Source: an uncultured virus (IMG/VR IMGVR_UViG_3300025759_000061)
Taxonomy: Duplodnaviria > Heunggongvirae > Uroviricota > Caudoviricetes
Reading direction: 5' to 3' (one strand)
DNA: 56,833 bases
IMG/VR virus record: IMGVR_UViG_3300025759_000061
Location: 62,001-118,833 of that record
Positions 1-8,873 of the stretch are shown in pieces; the first letter of the stretch is position 1, and each line of letters begins with the position of its first letter. The notes beneath the pieces are model-generated. The model worked only from the letters and a program-made list of their open reading frames with translations. It ran no database searches and had not been told where the DNA came from. Position numbers and translations under genes: made by a program.

Positions 1-75
1 GGTACAATCCCATTCTTGGATGTTGCCAAGCCACGTGCTGATGTTATGACACTGGACCGTTTGCTGAAGCAGTAA
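1..75 (+). CDS. 3' end of a CDS entering the window (GTIPFLDVAKPRADVMTLDRLLKQ*)
   Basis: Open frame from base 1 to TAA 73-75, followed by a terminator. Confidence 0.55.
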   Translation, partial: GTIPFLDVAKPRADVMTLDRLLKQ

Positions 76-95
76 AATATCTACATGTCAACAAA

Positions 96-123
96 GGGTG
101 GGATTTCGGTCCCACCTTTTTTT
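96..123 (+). terminator. Rho-independent terminator with UUCG loop
   Basis: ggtgggat-ttcg-gtcccacc followed by a T tract. Confidence 0.9.
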
Positions 124-129
124 ATTGCC

Positions 130-137
130 TATAAATA
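130..137 (+). promoter_or_regulatory. T4-type late promoter TATAAATA
   Basis: Exact T4 gp55 late consensus just upstream of the glucosaminidase gene. Confidence 0.75.
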
Positions 138-155
138 CAGGAAGGGAGTGGTTAG

Positions 156-584
156 ATGTCGGACATAGAGGGTTTTAAGGGGTACTGGGACGTGTTTGAG
201 GCTTCTGAGACACTGGGAGACCCATATCCCCAGTTAACGGCTGCACAGTGGGCCTTAGAGAGTTCTTGGGGTAAGAGAATGTCAGGGAATAACAACCCGT
301 TTGGCCAGAAGGGCCGGGTTGGTGAGGATGATGTCACGTTCAGGATGACATGGGAGATTATCGACGGTGAACGGGTTGAACGGGAAGAGCCGTTCATGAA
401 CTACCCATCTTTGTATGATGCCATGCTTGACCGGTACAATAGGTGGATAGTTTTATATAGCCGTGCAGAAAGTGTTGAAGAAGCTATTGACATACTTCTG
501 GAAAACTGGTATGCAACAGATACAGATTACAAAGAGAAGATTCTTGCAGTGATTGAGACTGCCAAGAAAAACACAGGACCATGA
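156..584 (+). CDS. GH73/FlgJ-like glucosaminidase (peptidoglycan hydrolase)
   Basis: AQWALESSWG, NNPFGQKG and YATD motifs. Confidence 0.85.
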   Translation: MSDIEGFKGYWDVFEASETLGDPYPQLTAAQWALESSWGKRMSGNNNPFGQKGRVGEDDVTFRMTWEIIDGERVEREEPFMNYPSLYDAMLDRYNRWIVLYSRAESVEEAIDILLENWYATDTDYKEKILAVIETAKKNTGP

Positions 585-650
585 ACCAATGAATCATTAC
601 CACGAGCTTGACAACCTGTAAGTACAATTCCGTACTTATAGGAGACAGAA

Positions 651-938
651 ATGTCTAAAACATATCGTCGAATGGGTAACTGTGACAGGTGGTATAACCG
701 TCCGTTTACTTATGGTGGTCTTGTCAGAGAAGACCCGGAATTTGATGAAAAGCAGAAACGGGAATTCCATAACGACAAGTTGACTCATTCCAGTGGGAAC
801 AAGACTTACAAAGCTCTTTGCAAAAAGACTCGTCGTAGCCGGTGGAGATATGATGCAGCCATGATCATGAAAGATGTGGACCATGACTGGATCGAAACAA
901 AGAAGCTTGAGAAGAAACATATCTGGTCTGTCTGGTGA
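651..938 (+). CDS. hypothetical protein
   Basis: ORF with AGGAG RBS. Confidence 0.7.
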   Translation: MSKTYRRMGNCDRWYNRPFTYGGLVREDPEFDEKQKREFHNDKLTHSSGNKTYKALCKKTRRSRWRYDAAMIMKDVDHDWIETKKLEKKHIWSVW

Positions 939-945
939 GTGAGGA

Positions 946-1545
946 ATGAATGTGAACCCTTTTGATTTGAAAACATTGGTGTTGAATGCAAACTACCAGC
1001 CGGTAGACTTGTTTCCACTGATGGTGATACCAGTACAGGATGCCGTGGGTAGATGCTACTCCGGTGAGCCGACATGCCGGGTTGAGGTTGAGTATCCAAT
1101 AGAGATTGCCAACCGGAATGCACGGTGGAGCCTTAAGTGGCCGTCCATCATTGTCCGATTTAATACCAACATCTATCATAAAGATCACGTTCATATGAAC
1201 CACACGACTCTGTTCTACAGGGACATGGGGTTATGTGCATATTGTTCAAACCATGTTCCCATCCGGAAGGGTACGATTGATCACGTTCAGCCTATCTCAA
1301 AGGGTGGTAAGAACGTCTGGACAAACGTTGTCTGGTCGTGTGGGACTTGTAATGCCAAGAAAGATAACCATCTTCCAAAGGGTGAGTGGACACCACGAAA
1401 CAGGTTGTGGGTGCCCACATACTGGGACTTGGTGAGACATTGTAAGAAGTTTCCACTAACGGTTTATGACATTAGGTGGATGGATTATCTTCCGGATTGG
1501 GAAGGTGAAATTAGATTATGGGAGAATTATGATGTCAGAGGTTGA
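946..1545 (+). CDS. HNH endonuclease (McrA-like)
   Basis: LVLNANYQP N-terminus; CAYC...TIDHVQPISKGG...WTNVVWSCGTCN. Confidence 0.9.
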   Translation: MNVNPFDLKTLVLNANYQPVDLFPLMVIPVQDAVGRCYSGEPTCRVEVEYPIEIANRNARWSLKWPSIIVRFNTNIYHKDHVHMNHTTLFYRDMGLCAYCSNHVPIRKGTIDHVQPISKGGKNVWTNVVWSCGTCNAKKDNHLPKGEWTPRNRLWVPTYWDLVRHCKKFPLTVYDIRWMDYLPDWEGEIRLWENYDVRG

Positions 1546-2173
1546 TCGTAGAGGTTTCCTTGGTTTGCTGAGTGCTGTTGGTCTTGCACCGGAAGCCCTG
1601 AAAAATATTGTTGCAGAGAATAGTGTCAAGACCTTTGGCAACACAGTTGCTGGTGGTGCTTCTGGTCTTATTCGATCTATGAGTAGCCAAGAAAAAAACA
1701 GATTCAATCTCCGGAATCTCATCAGAAACAGCAAGGAACAGAATAGTGGGTATGAATTTGATGATAGTTACATACATGATCAAGCAGAGAAGATAGTGAT
1801 TGCACAAAACCCCGGATTATATGAGAAAACATTTGACAAGTACAAAGATAGTGATATGGACTCTATGAAATCATTCTCATCTTCTGTGAAAGACCATTAC
1901 AATAGACAAAAAATATTGGAATCCTCAGAGAAGTTTGAAAGAATGAAGATCACGAAGATGATTGAAATTCTGACTAAAAATGTTAAAAATATCCCATTTC
2001 TGAATTTTGACAATCACTCAGCCTATAGTATTATCAATTGCTATTATTGTATCAGGGCCAGAAGGCCGGATATTTTTGATGAGGTGGTAGCAGGTAATAA
2101 GACACTGCAATTCATCTCAGATTTGAGATACATGGATGAAAAGATGTATGACGATAGTAAAGGTGATTTTTGA
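1529..2173 (+). CDS. hypothetical protein with twin-arginine-like N-terminus
   Basis: GGAG RBS at 1521; starts MMSEVDRRGFLGLLSAVGL. Confidence 0.65.
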   Translation: MMSEVDRRGFLGLLSAVGLAPEALKNIVAENSVKTFGNTVAGGASGLIRSMSSQEKNRFNLRNLIRNSKEQNSGYEFDDSYIHDQAEKIVIAQNPGLYEKTFDKYKDSDMDSMKSFSSSVKDHYNRQKILESSEKFERMKITKMIEILTKNVKNIPFLNFDNHSAYSIINCYYCIRARRPDIFDEVVAGNKTLQFISDLRYMDEKMYDDSKGDF

Positions 2174-2175
2174 TA

Positions 2176-2586
2176 ATGAGGAAATATCATAAAGATGGAT
2201 CATTACCAGAGAGTGGTGAGATTTGGGTCTTTGGGTCTAATCTTGCTGGTATTCACGGTGCTGGTGCTGCTAAAGTAGCCCGGTTCAAATTCGATGCCAA
2301 GATGCACATGGGTGTGGGTCTGACAGGCCATTCATATGCAATCCCCACCAAAGATCAGACGGTGATGCATACGTTGCCATCGAATGTTATTGAGGGTTAT
2401 GTCAATCAGTTCTGCCAATTCACACAATTGGTTTCTGATGTTACATTGGTTCGGGGGTTCGAACGTTTTTTCGTAACCCGTGTGGGTTGTGGTCTTGCAG
2501 GGTTGCCGGATTATGTTATTGCCCCTATGTTTAAAGAAGCAATGAATTGTTCATTTGCAGAAGAATGGAGAGAATACCTTGAGTAA
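2176..2586 (+). CDS. macro-domain-like phage protein (A1S_2505 family)
   Basis: EIWVFGSNLAGIHGAGAA...SYAIPTK...FFVTRVGCGLAG signature. Confidence 0.8.
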   Translation: MRKYHKDGSLPESGEIWVFGSNLAGIHGAGAAKVARFKFDAKMHMGVGLTGHSYAIPTKDQTVMHTLPSNVIEGYVNQFCQFTQLVSDVTLVRGFERFFVTRVGCGLAGLPDYVIAPMFKEAMNCSFAEEWREYLE

Positions 2587-2590
2587 AATT

Positions 2591-2854
2591 ATGGATGGAC
2601 TTGTGAAAATTTCTATTGGTACACACTCACGTGATTGCCATGATGTCGGGTTTGAGTTCAATGATCAAATGCAGAATTTTGATCATTCAGGGTATGCACC
2701 GGATATCTGTGGTGTGTCTGAGTATGGTGATGATATGATTTTTTTGGTTGATGTGGAGACTGGTAAGATTCTCAACTGGGATACCAAAAAGATCAAAGAA
2801 TCACTCCAGAACTGGTATGAAGATAATATAGATGGAGATTATGAGGATGAATAA
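2591..2854 (+). CDS. hypothetical protein
   Basis: ORF in operon context. Confidence 0.65.
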   Translation: MDGLVKISIGTHSRDCHDVGFEFNDQMQNFDHSGYAPDICGVSEYGDDMIFLVDVETGKILNWDTKKIKESLQNWYEDNIDGDYEDE

Positions 2855-3047
2855 GCAGGTAAAAATGTTTCTGGAATTTGTTCTGGACCTTGGTTTCGGG
2901 CTGGGTTGGTTTCTTGCAATCCTGTTTTCCGTGATCTGGGGTGAAACTTCTGGTGTGATGAGTATTCTGACCATAATTTACAGTGTTCTTTGGGTTGTCA
3001 TTGTACCAGATATTTACGTATTAGCACGAAAAAAGCTTGACACATAA
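2847..3047 (+). CDS. small membrane protein
   Basis: Two hydrophobic segments. Confidence 0.6.
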   Translation: MNKQVKMFLEFVLDLGFGLGWFLAILFSVIWGETSGVMSILTIIYSVLWVVIVPDIYVLARKKLDT

Positions 3048-3092
3048 GCAATAGTGGTATATATGTTGTGTCACTAAATAAATAGAAACAAT

Positions 3093-3167
3093 GCCAGTGT
3101 GGCCGAATGGTAAGGCAACACCTTTGTAACGTGAAGATTAGGGGTTCGATTCCTCTCACTGGCACCA
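3093..3167 (+). tRNA. tRNA-Thr(UGU), imperfect anticodon stem
   Basis: GCCAGTG/CACTGGC acceptor, TTCGATT T-loop, loop TT-TGT-AA, encoded CCA. Confidence 0.8.
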
Positions 3168-3187
3168 CAAACATGAAAGTATGAGTT

Positions 3188-3358
3188 ATGGGTGAACAAG
3201 TATCAATGAAGAATATGAAGCCGTACCGGACCAAGAAGCAGAAGCTGGAAGCCAAGAAGAATGCAACCAAGTCCAAGGATGGGACGTTTCGGTCATTCTC
3301 TGCTGTTTCTTATCATACGGATAAGTGTGGTCCACACCTCTGTGTGTGCCCACGGTAA
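3188..3358 (+). CDS. small basic hypothetical protein (56 aa, not in ORF track)
   Basis: MGEQVSMKNMKPYRTKKQKLEAKK...HLCVCPR* fills the gap between two tRNAs. Confidence 0.45.
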   Translation: MGEQVSMKNMKPYRTKKQKLEAKKNATKSKDGTFRSFSAVSYHTDKCGPHLCVCPR

Positions 3359-3367
3359 AACAATAAC

Positions 3368-3444
3368 GGTCACGTAGCTCAACTGGACAGAGCAAAAAGC
3401 TTCTACCTTTTAGGTTGAGGGTTCGAATCCTTCCGTGATCACCA
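3368..3444 (+). tRNA. tRNA-Arg(UCU)
   Basis: Cloverleaf with AAAAG-CT-TCT-AC-CTTTT anticodon arm and CCA end. Confidence 0.93.
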
Positions 3445-3449
3445 ATAAC

Positions 3450-3525
3450 GTTGCCGTGCCCGGAATGGTTACGGGCCTGTCTGCAAAGCAGGGATATGTC
3501 GGTTCGATTCCGACCGGCAACTCCA
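3450..3525 (+). tRNA. tRNA-Cys(GCA)
   Basis: Cloverleaf with CCTGT-CT-GCA-AA-GCAGG arm, U discriminator and CCA. Confidence 0.93.
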
Positions 3526-3551
3526 ATCATTATAATGATCAGGTGAAATCA

Positions 3552-3797
3552 ATGAAATTTGAAGTTTTCCTAACACCAGACCAAGCCGATGAGGTGACAC
3601 GTGATAATCTCATGTCAACTATAACATCATCCATATCTCTTCTTGGTCATTTTAGTGATGAAGATGATGCAGAGTCCCGTGAATTTGTCTATTATTTCAT
3701 CAAAACACTTGAGTTTTTCACAACCGAATCAGAATGGAATGAGTTCGTTGAGGAAAACAAGGTGAAGGAATATCTTGGTGAGGGGTATAAGCTGTGA
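3552..3797 (+). CDS. hypothetical protein
   Basis: ATG after AGGTG RBS, downstream of tRNA-Cys. Confidence 0.7.
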   Translation: MKFEVFLTPDQADEVTRDNLMSTITSSISLLGHFSDEDDAESREFVYYFIKTLEFFTTESEWNEFVEENKVKEYLGEGYKL

Positions 3798-3958
3798 AAA
3801 AGGTGATTAACAGTGACCTACCAGTACCATTGGGTCAGGATATATACATCAAGCTGTTGGTGATTGCAAAACATCAGGGTGTCTCACCAGAAGAGCTTGC
3901 CAGAGCCGTTCTCACGGATTATGTCCTTGATTATGAAAGACTGTCTTATGAAGTTTGA
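3794..3958 (+). CDS. ribbon-helix-helix (CopG-like) DNA-binding protein, 54 aa, not in ORF track
   Basis: GTGA overlap with the upstream stop; LPVPLGQDIYIKLLVIAKHQGVSPEELARAVLTDYV. Confidence 0.6.
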   Translation: MKKVINSDLPVPLGQDIYIKLLVIAKHQGVSPEELARAVLTDYVLDYERLSYEV

Positions 3959-3978
3959 TTTTACAGTGGAGTTGAAAG

Positions 3979-4344
3979 ATGTCTCACAATAGACCAGAGC
4001 ACCCAATGAGTTTCGATGGTAACACAACATATTGGGATAAGTTCAAGAAAACAGCAGACCCCACCAAACCCATTAAACACAGATACATCATCCACGTGAA
4101 CCGGCAACACATTGCCAAGAATGCCAAGGATGGTGGAAACCGTCCAGTGTACACCATCAAGGAGCACATCTCCCCATCCAATATCAAGGTCAGGTATGCC
4201 CGTGAGATTGAGATAGATGGTTTCACAAGGTTGGTATATGATGGGACCCAGTTGAAATGTGGTGCCCGTGCATGGATCGAAACCTCTGGTTCATTAACTC
4301 TGATAGATGAGATGACATTCCAAGAAGCCAAAAATAGTCCTTGA
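3979..4344 (+). CDS. conserved phage hypothetical protein
   Basis: IIHVNRQHI...PVYTIK...CGARAWIET motif recalled from T4-like phages. Confidence 0.75.
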   Translation: MSHNRPEHPMSFDGNTTYWDKFKKTADPTKPIKHRYIIHVNRQHIAKNAKDGGNRPVYTIKEHISPSNIKVRYAREIEIDGFTRLVYDGTQLKCGARAWIETSGSLTLIDEMTFQEAKNSP

Positions 4345-4368
4345 CTCCAGTCTCCTGTGTGCTATTAT
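4341..4368 (+). promoter_or_regulatory. early sigma70-type promoter (near-identical copy at 52657-52684)
   Basis: TTGACT...GCTATTAT; shares cttgactcca..tctcc..tgtgctattatctag with the second copy. Confidence 0.75.
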
Positions 4369-4405
4369 CTAGCCATAGGAACTGAGAAAGAAAGGAAAAT
4401 TTGAT

Positions 4406-5086
4406 ATGGCTCTCGTGAAAAAAGACGGAACTTTGGAGTTCGTTGGTCGGGTAGTGACCATTTATGGTAATTCCCCTCAGATTATGTCAGACATTTGGGG
4501 TAGTGGAATGGTTGCCGAAGTTGTAACAGACTCTGGACACATCAACAAGGTCCAGTTGGTGACTTGGGACATGGGTTCTGAGTATGCCGACTACGACTAT
4601 AAAGCCTGTGTTGCTGATCTGGATGAGGATGCAATCACCATCTACCGGAACAAGATCACGGAAGACAAGACTGCTGATGTCCGGTGGAAGATCGAAACCT
4701 CTGCCAAGGAAATCCGGAAGGGTGACCGGGTTGAGGTTGCACGGGGTCGGACTTCCAAGGGTGCAATTGGTGTGGTCTTCTGGATTGGTGATGGGACCTA
4801 CGGTTCAGGGTACTACAACTCAAGAACTGAACCAAAGTACGGGATTGCCCTCTCTCCTGAGAAAAAGACCATTGAAAAGAATGGTCGGACTTTCGAGACC
4901 TATGCAGACGTAGCTTGGGTGTGGGGTCGGAATGTTGACAAGCTGGACTGGGAGAGTGAAATCGATTACTCCACGGTTGAGCAGACGGTCAAGGACCATG
5001 CAGACTACATGGAAGAGAACATCCGGGAACGGTATGCTGATCATGTCTCATACACTGAAAAGCAAAATGCCCGTAAGGTAGCATGA
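4406..5086 (+). CDS. hypothetical early protein
   Basis: ORF with AGAAAGGA RBS. Confidence 0.8.
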   Translation: MALVKKDGTLEFVGRVVTIYGNSPQIMSDIWGSGMVAEVVTDSGHINKVQLVTWDMGSEYADYDYKACVADLDEDAITIYRNKITEDKTADVRWKIETSAKEIRKGDRVEVARGRTSKGAIGVVFWIGDGTYGSGYYNSRTEPKYGIALSPEKKTIEKNGRTFETYADVAWVWGRNVDKLDWESEIDYSTVEQTVKDHADYMEENIRERYADHVSYTEKQNARKVA

Positions 5087-5093
5087 AAGAAAA

Positions 5094-5146
5094 GGGTTGA
5101 CTCCGGTCAGCCCTTCTGGCATTATGTATGTGTATAGAGAAAGGAA
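5094..5146 (+). repeat. early promoter/stem-loop/RBS cassette copy 1
   Basis: gggTTGACtccggtcagcccttctggCATTAT...agagaaagga. Confidence 0.9.
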
Positions 5147-5150
5147 CTCC

Positions 5151-5315
5151 ATGTACTACATCAAGCAAATTGCAAAAATTCTCAACGTCAATGAAATGGT
5201 TGCCCGTAAGGTTTTCGAGAGGATGGTCCTTGATTTCTCCGAAGCAAGTCAGGAAGCATTTGAACGTGAAGCCCGGTTCATATATAATCGTTATTTTACC
5301 TTCGACAGTCGGTAA
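5151..5315 (+). CDS. hypothetical early protein
   Basis: ATG directly after cassette RBS. Confidence 0.7.
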   Translation: MYYIKQIAKILNVNEMVARKVFERMVLDFSEASQEAFEREARFIYNRYFTFDSR

Positions 5316-5320
5316 AAAAA

Positions 5321-5383
5321 GGGTTGACTCCGGTCAGCCCTTCTGGCATTATGTATGTGTAGAGAGAAAACAGAGAAAAGGAA
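5321..5383 (+). repeat. early promoter/stem-loop/RBS cassette copy 2
   Basis: First ~40 nt identical to copy 1. Confidence 0.9.
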
Positions 5384-5390
5384 ATCAGAC

Positions 5391-5882
5391 ATGGCCTATA
5401 TTAGCCAAGACAAAAAGAAAGAGCTTGCCCCCAATATCAAAGCCGTACTCAAGAAGTACAACATGAAGGGTTCAATTCGGATTGAACATCATTCCGTCTT
5501 GCATGTGAATATCAAGTCCGGTGATCTGGATGTTATCGGTAACTACCGGAACACCCTTGCTAACCGGGGACATTCTTGGGATGATCATCACCGGAACCGG
5601 TGGATCACCAACCCCGATACTTATCATCAGGGGGTTCATTACCACCTCAATGAGAACTATTCGGGTGAGGTCCTGAACTTCATGGAAGAACTGCTTGCAG
5701 CCATGATGGAAGGTAACCACGACAACTCAGACAGCATGACCGATTATTTTGATGTGGGTTGGTATGCCTACATAAATGTGGGAAATTGGGAAAAGCCATA
5801 CATCCTGACCGGTGAGCCGGAAGCCAAGAGTGAACGGTTGCTGGACCTTGAAGCCCGGTTTTCTGAGAAAGTTGTTGCATAG
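5391..5882 (+). CDS. conserved phage early protein (LPD29-like C-terminal motif)
   Basis: DNSDSMTDYFDVGWY motif; ATG after cassette RBS. Confidence 0.7.
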   Translation: MAYISQDKKKELAPNIKAVLKKYNMKGSIRIEHHSVLHVNIKSGDLDVIGNYRNTLANRGHSWDDHHRNRWITNPDTYHQGVHYHLNENYSGEVLNFMEELLAAMMEGNHDNSDSMTDYFDVGWYAYINVGNWEKPYILTGEPEAKSERLLDLEARFSEKVVA

Positions 5883-5953
5883 GTTGATAAACCCTAGAGG
5901 TGACACTAAATAATGTTGGTGCAGTCCTAAACAGATTGCACCAATTATATTAT

Positions 5954-6027
5954 TCACCTGTGGTGCAACGGTAGCATCTTTGACTCTGAATCAAAAGATA
6001 TAGGTTCGAATCCTATCGGGTGATCCA
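5954..6027 (+). tRNA. tRNA-Gln(CUG)
   Basis: TTTGA-CT-CTG-AA-TCAAA arm, TTCGAAT T-loop, CCA. Confidence 0.9.
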
Positions 6028-6030
6028 AAC

Positions 6031-6312
6031 ATGGAATTGATTATGGACTATCTAACAGAGAGTTTTCACAGCCTGAAAGACCGTGGCTTTTTCCATGCAC
6101 TTGTATGTGTGAGAAAACTGAACAATGAGCAAATACAGGTCATGCATATTTGTGGATATTCCACCAAACCGTCTGAGATAGATCGGGCTGCACTGATTGA
6201 AGAATTGTCAGAAGACAAAGAGCTTGATATGGTTGGTGAGGTTTATGGTCTTGATTATTACATGGTTGAGTTTGATATAATGGAAGAACTGAACAATTCC
6301 CTTGTCGTCTAA
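6031..6312 (+). CDS. hypothetical protein (3' end overlaps tRNA-Gln)
   Basis: ORF filling the gap between tRNAs. Confidence 0.6.
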   Translation: MELIMDYLTESFHSLKDRGFFHALVCVRKLNNEQIQVMHICGYSTKPSEIDRAALIEELSEDKELDMVGEVYGLDYYMVEFDIMEELNNSLVV

Positions 6313-6371
6313 TGGTAGGATAATAGCCTTTGACTCTATAGATGTTGGTTCGAATCCAGCCGGGGGAGCCA
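6298..6371 (+). tRNA. tRNA-Gln(UUG)
   Basis: TCCCTTG/CGGGGGA acceptor, CT-TTG-AC loop, GCCA end. Confidence 0.88.
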
Positions 6372-6619
6372 TTCTGGATAATATGATGAAATTCTATAAA
6401 AAATATATACCATTCACACCATTTCAACTCTTGGTTGTTATCGGTGGTCTGTACGGTTATTATGTGTTTTTCACACAATGATTGCATAGGACCCTTAAGG
6501 ATCGTTCAGCTTGATCCGGATGTTGATATGTTTATTGTGGAATGGTTGCACACAAGCAAGGACCCCATATTCAGTGGATCGAAGTCAGAGGTTTGTGCTT
6601 GGTTAAGGATGACAAGAAG

Positions 6620-7060
6620 ATGAAATGGAATCTCCAATCAAACTTCACCAAGACGGAATTGAAAACAGAGTACAGGAGACTTTGTAAGGTTCATCATCCG
6701 GATCAGGGTGGAACTTCTGAGAATTTCAGACTGGTGCAGGAAGAATATCAAAGATTGAAACCAAAAGCCAAGGCTGGTGAACGTACCCAGCCGGGAACAG
6801 ACAATAAAATTTACAGGGTCACAGAAGGTAAACCAGATGGTGATGTGACACTATATGTGCCGGGTGTGTTTCTTGAAGAAGGTGGAGTCATCATGCATAC
6901 ATTCACAGAATTTTTTTATGTGGGTATTGATGAAACTGTACAGAGACTTTCTATACCAAAGGGTGCTGTATCGGGCTGTAGGGCTGCTGTGACGTTCAAA
7001 GACAACTCGACGGTAGTCTTTACCATCAGAGAAGAAATGGCCCCTCAAGGGCCTTACTAG
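6620..7060 (+). CDS. J-domain (DnaJ-like) protein
   Basis: ELKTEYRRLCKVHHPDQGG...FRLVQEEY, HPD motif. Confidence 0.85.
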   Translation: MKWNLQSNFTKTELKTEYRRLCKVHHPDQGGTSENFRLVQEEYQRLKPKAKAGERTQPGTDNKIYRVTEGKPDGDVTLYVPGVFLEEGGVIMHTFTEFFYVGIDETVQRLSIPKGAVSGCRAAVTFKDNSTVVFTIREEMAPQGPY

Positions 7061-7072
7061 AGGATATGTGAG

Positions 7073-7258
7073 ATGTTGCTATTGAAGAAAAATGAGTGGG
7101 TGTGTTTCGAACCACATGAGCTTGCAACTGTGTGTCTGGCTCTCAAGACATTGATTGGAGATACGAGTGATGAAGCAACAAGAGATGTGAGTAATAATAT
7201 ATGGAAAGCCCTAAGTCCCTTGTTGACGGATGATTATGCACAGTTTGGAGTTGAGTGA
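7073..7258 (+). CDS. hypothetical protein
   Basis: ORF with GAGG RBS. Confidence 0.55.
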   Translation: MLLLKKNEWVCFEPHELATVCLALKTLIGDTSDEATRDVSNNIWKALSPLLTDDYAQFGVE

Positions 7259-7301
7259 AAATCATTTGACTCCAACCATTTTTTGTGATACAGGTGAGTA
7301 G

Positions 7302-7871
7302 ATGACAGATATTATTTACATACATGGATTCGGTTCCAGCCCAAAGTCAAAGAAAGTTGCCATATTGAAGGATCATTTCAATGTAGCAACCCCTACTCTG
7401 GGTGTTGAATACGATAAGGTAATGAGAGCCTTAGAGACTTTCATACTGGATTATATCTATACATATGAAGTTGAACCCATACTCGTTGGAACAAGTATGG
7501 GTGGTACTCTTGCCACTATTATGGGTCGTAGACATGGACTGAGTTTTGTTGCATTAAATCCTTCGACACAACCTAGCATCACATTGCAACGTCCTGTGTT
7601 CAAGACGTTTGTTCCCGGTTGGACGGATGAAAAAGCAATGAAGTGGAAACCGTTGGAAGATCAGCTATCCGATGCACTATCTAAACCAGTCGAGTATCCA
7701 AGCTGTGTGATGGTCGAGAAGGGTGATGAGGAATTGGATTACAGTCTTGCAGTTGCTAAATATAAGGATGCATGTGAAGTTGTTGTGTTGGAAGGTGGTT
7801 CACACCGTTTTAATGATGTTGAAGCAGTAATCAATAAAATCAAAGAAATAGAGAACACGATAGTGCTATGA
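7302..7871 (+). CDS. YqiA/YcfP-family alpha/beta hydrolase (esterase)
   Basis: IYIHGFGSSP, GTSMGG, LNPS, GDEELD, GGSHRF. Confidence 0.9.
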   Translation: MTDIIYIHGFGSSPKSKKVAILKDHFNVATPTLGVEYDKVMRALETFILDYIYTYEVEPILVGTSMGGTLATIMGRRHGLSFVALNPSTQPSITLQRPVFKTFVPGWTDEKAMKWKPLEDQLSDALSKPVEYPSCVMVEKGDEELDYSLAVAKYKDACEVVVLEGGSHRFNDVEAVINKIKEIENTIVL

Positions 7872-8455
7872 AAACATTCAAAGAACATCTTATAACAGAA
7901 CGTTATGTTAATCTGATAGCCAAAGATAAGAGAAAAGAGGAATATGCCGATCAGATTTATGATCTGTTACAAAAGGCATATGCCAAGATTGGTGGTATAC
8001 ACGGCAACGGCTTCAAAAGTCGTGAAGATATGATTAAAAATATTCCTTTCTGGAAATTTGAAGTCAAAGACAACAAAATTCTAGCCGTTATTATGTACAA
8101 GGATAAAGGTGGCCGTAAAAGTGTTGCAGTAGCTACCAACGGCACACCAGCAGGCAAGGTCAGTTTGGCTCGTATGATGAGAGATGATGTGATGCAAGGT
8201 AGATCATATTCAGAAAAATCTGGTGCAGCATTAGGTTTTATTAAGAAAAACCTCAGTCCGGACGTATTTGATGCTACTGTCATGTCATATAAGGATGCAC
8301 AAAAAATACTTGATGATCCTATCCGGCCAGCACCAAAGGATGATGAAGAGTATAAACGGCACCCTGAGTTGAGAGGCCGTCTATATCAGAGAGAAATTGG
8401 TGGTGCTTGGCATACGAAAGCATTGTTAGGTGAAGTTGGCAAGAGCATAAAATAG
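7868..8455 (+). CDS. hypothetical protein with capsid-targeting-like N-terminus
   Basis: MKTFKEHLITE; CTAAATA at 7756. Confidence 0.75.
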   Translation: MKTFKEHLITERYVNLIAKDKRKEEYADQIYDLLQKAYAKIGGIHGNGFKSREDMIKNIPFWKFEVKDNKILAVIMYKDKGGRKSVAVATNGTPAGKVSLARMMRDDVMQGRSYSEKSGAALGFIKKNLSPDVFDATVMSYKDAQKILDDPIRPAPKDDEEYKRHPELRGRLYQREIGGAWHTKALLGEVGKSIK

Positions 8456-8461
8456 TGAAAT

Positions 8462-8538
8462 GCCCGTGTAGCCCAATTGGCAGAGGCAACAGATTCAAAC
8501 CCTGTTCAGTGTTGGTTCAAGTCCAACCACGGGCACCA
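8462..8538 (+). tRNA. tRNA-Leu(CAA), short variable loop
   Basis: GCCCGTG/CACGGGC acceptor, TT-CAA-AC loop, ACCA end. Confidence 0.85.
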
Positions 8539-8556
8539 TTTTTATAGGATGATTAA

Positions 8557-8835
8557 GTGATGACGGATGAAATTGAAAAAGTATGTGTGACTTGTAAATA
8601 TTTCAAACCCACTTATTATGACCCAATATGTACTAATTACCGAACCAAGAGAATAACCTATGATAAGGTGTATGGAACCAAACATATAGAACGAACAGTG
8701 GGTGAAGCTGTTAAGTTGTGTGATCACTGGCATTGGGAGCCGAAGACTTTTTACCAAAATCATTCACACCATATAAGTCCAATCATTACTACTGTTGCTT
8801 TTCTTCTGCTGTTTGCTTGGTTTATTTGTGTATAA
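8557..8835 (+). CDS. hypothetical protein, Cys motif plus C-terminal TM
   Basis: CVTCKYF; hydrophobic C-terminus. Confidence 0.6.
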   Translation: MMTDEIEKVCVTCKYFKPTYYDPICTNYRTKRITYDKVYGTKHIERTVGEAVKLCDHWHWEPKTFYQNHSHHISPIITTVAFLLLFAWFICV

Positions 8836-8873
8836 AGATGTTGATCGAAACTCTAAGATGGAAATGAAATATA

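Noticed and set aside
3435..3551. Upstream extensions of ORFs through tRNAs or promoter cassettes (also 5097, 5355, 53101, 53802, 54935)
   Set aside because: The true starts follow the RBS downstream; the shared peptide RVDSGQPFWHY is just the translated repeat.
5911..5948. Hairpin upstream of tRNA-Gln(CUG) as a separate ncRNA
   Set aside because: It is a single 11-bp stem after a CTAAATA motif, adequately explained as a tRNA leader or processing structure.
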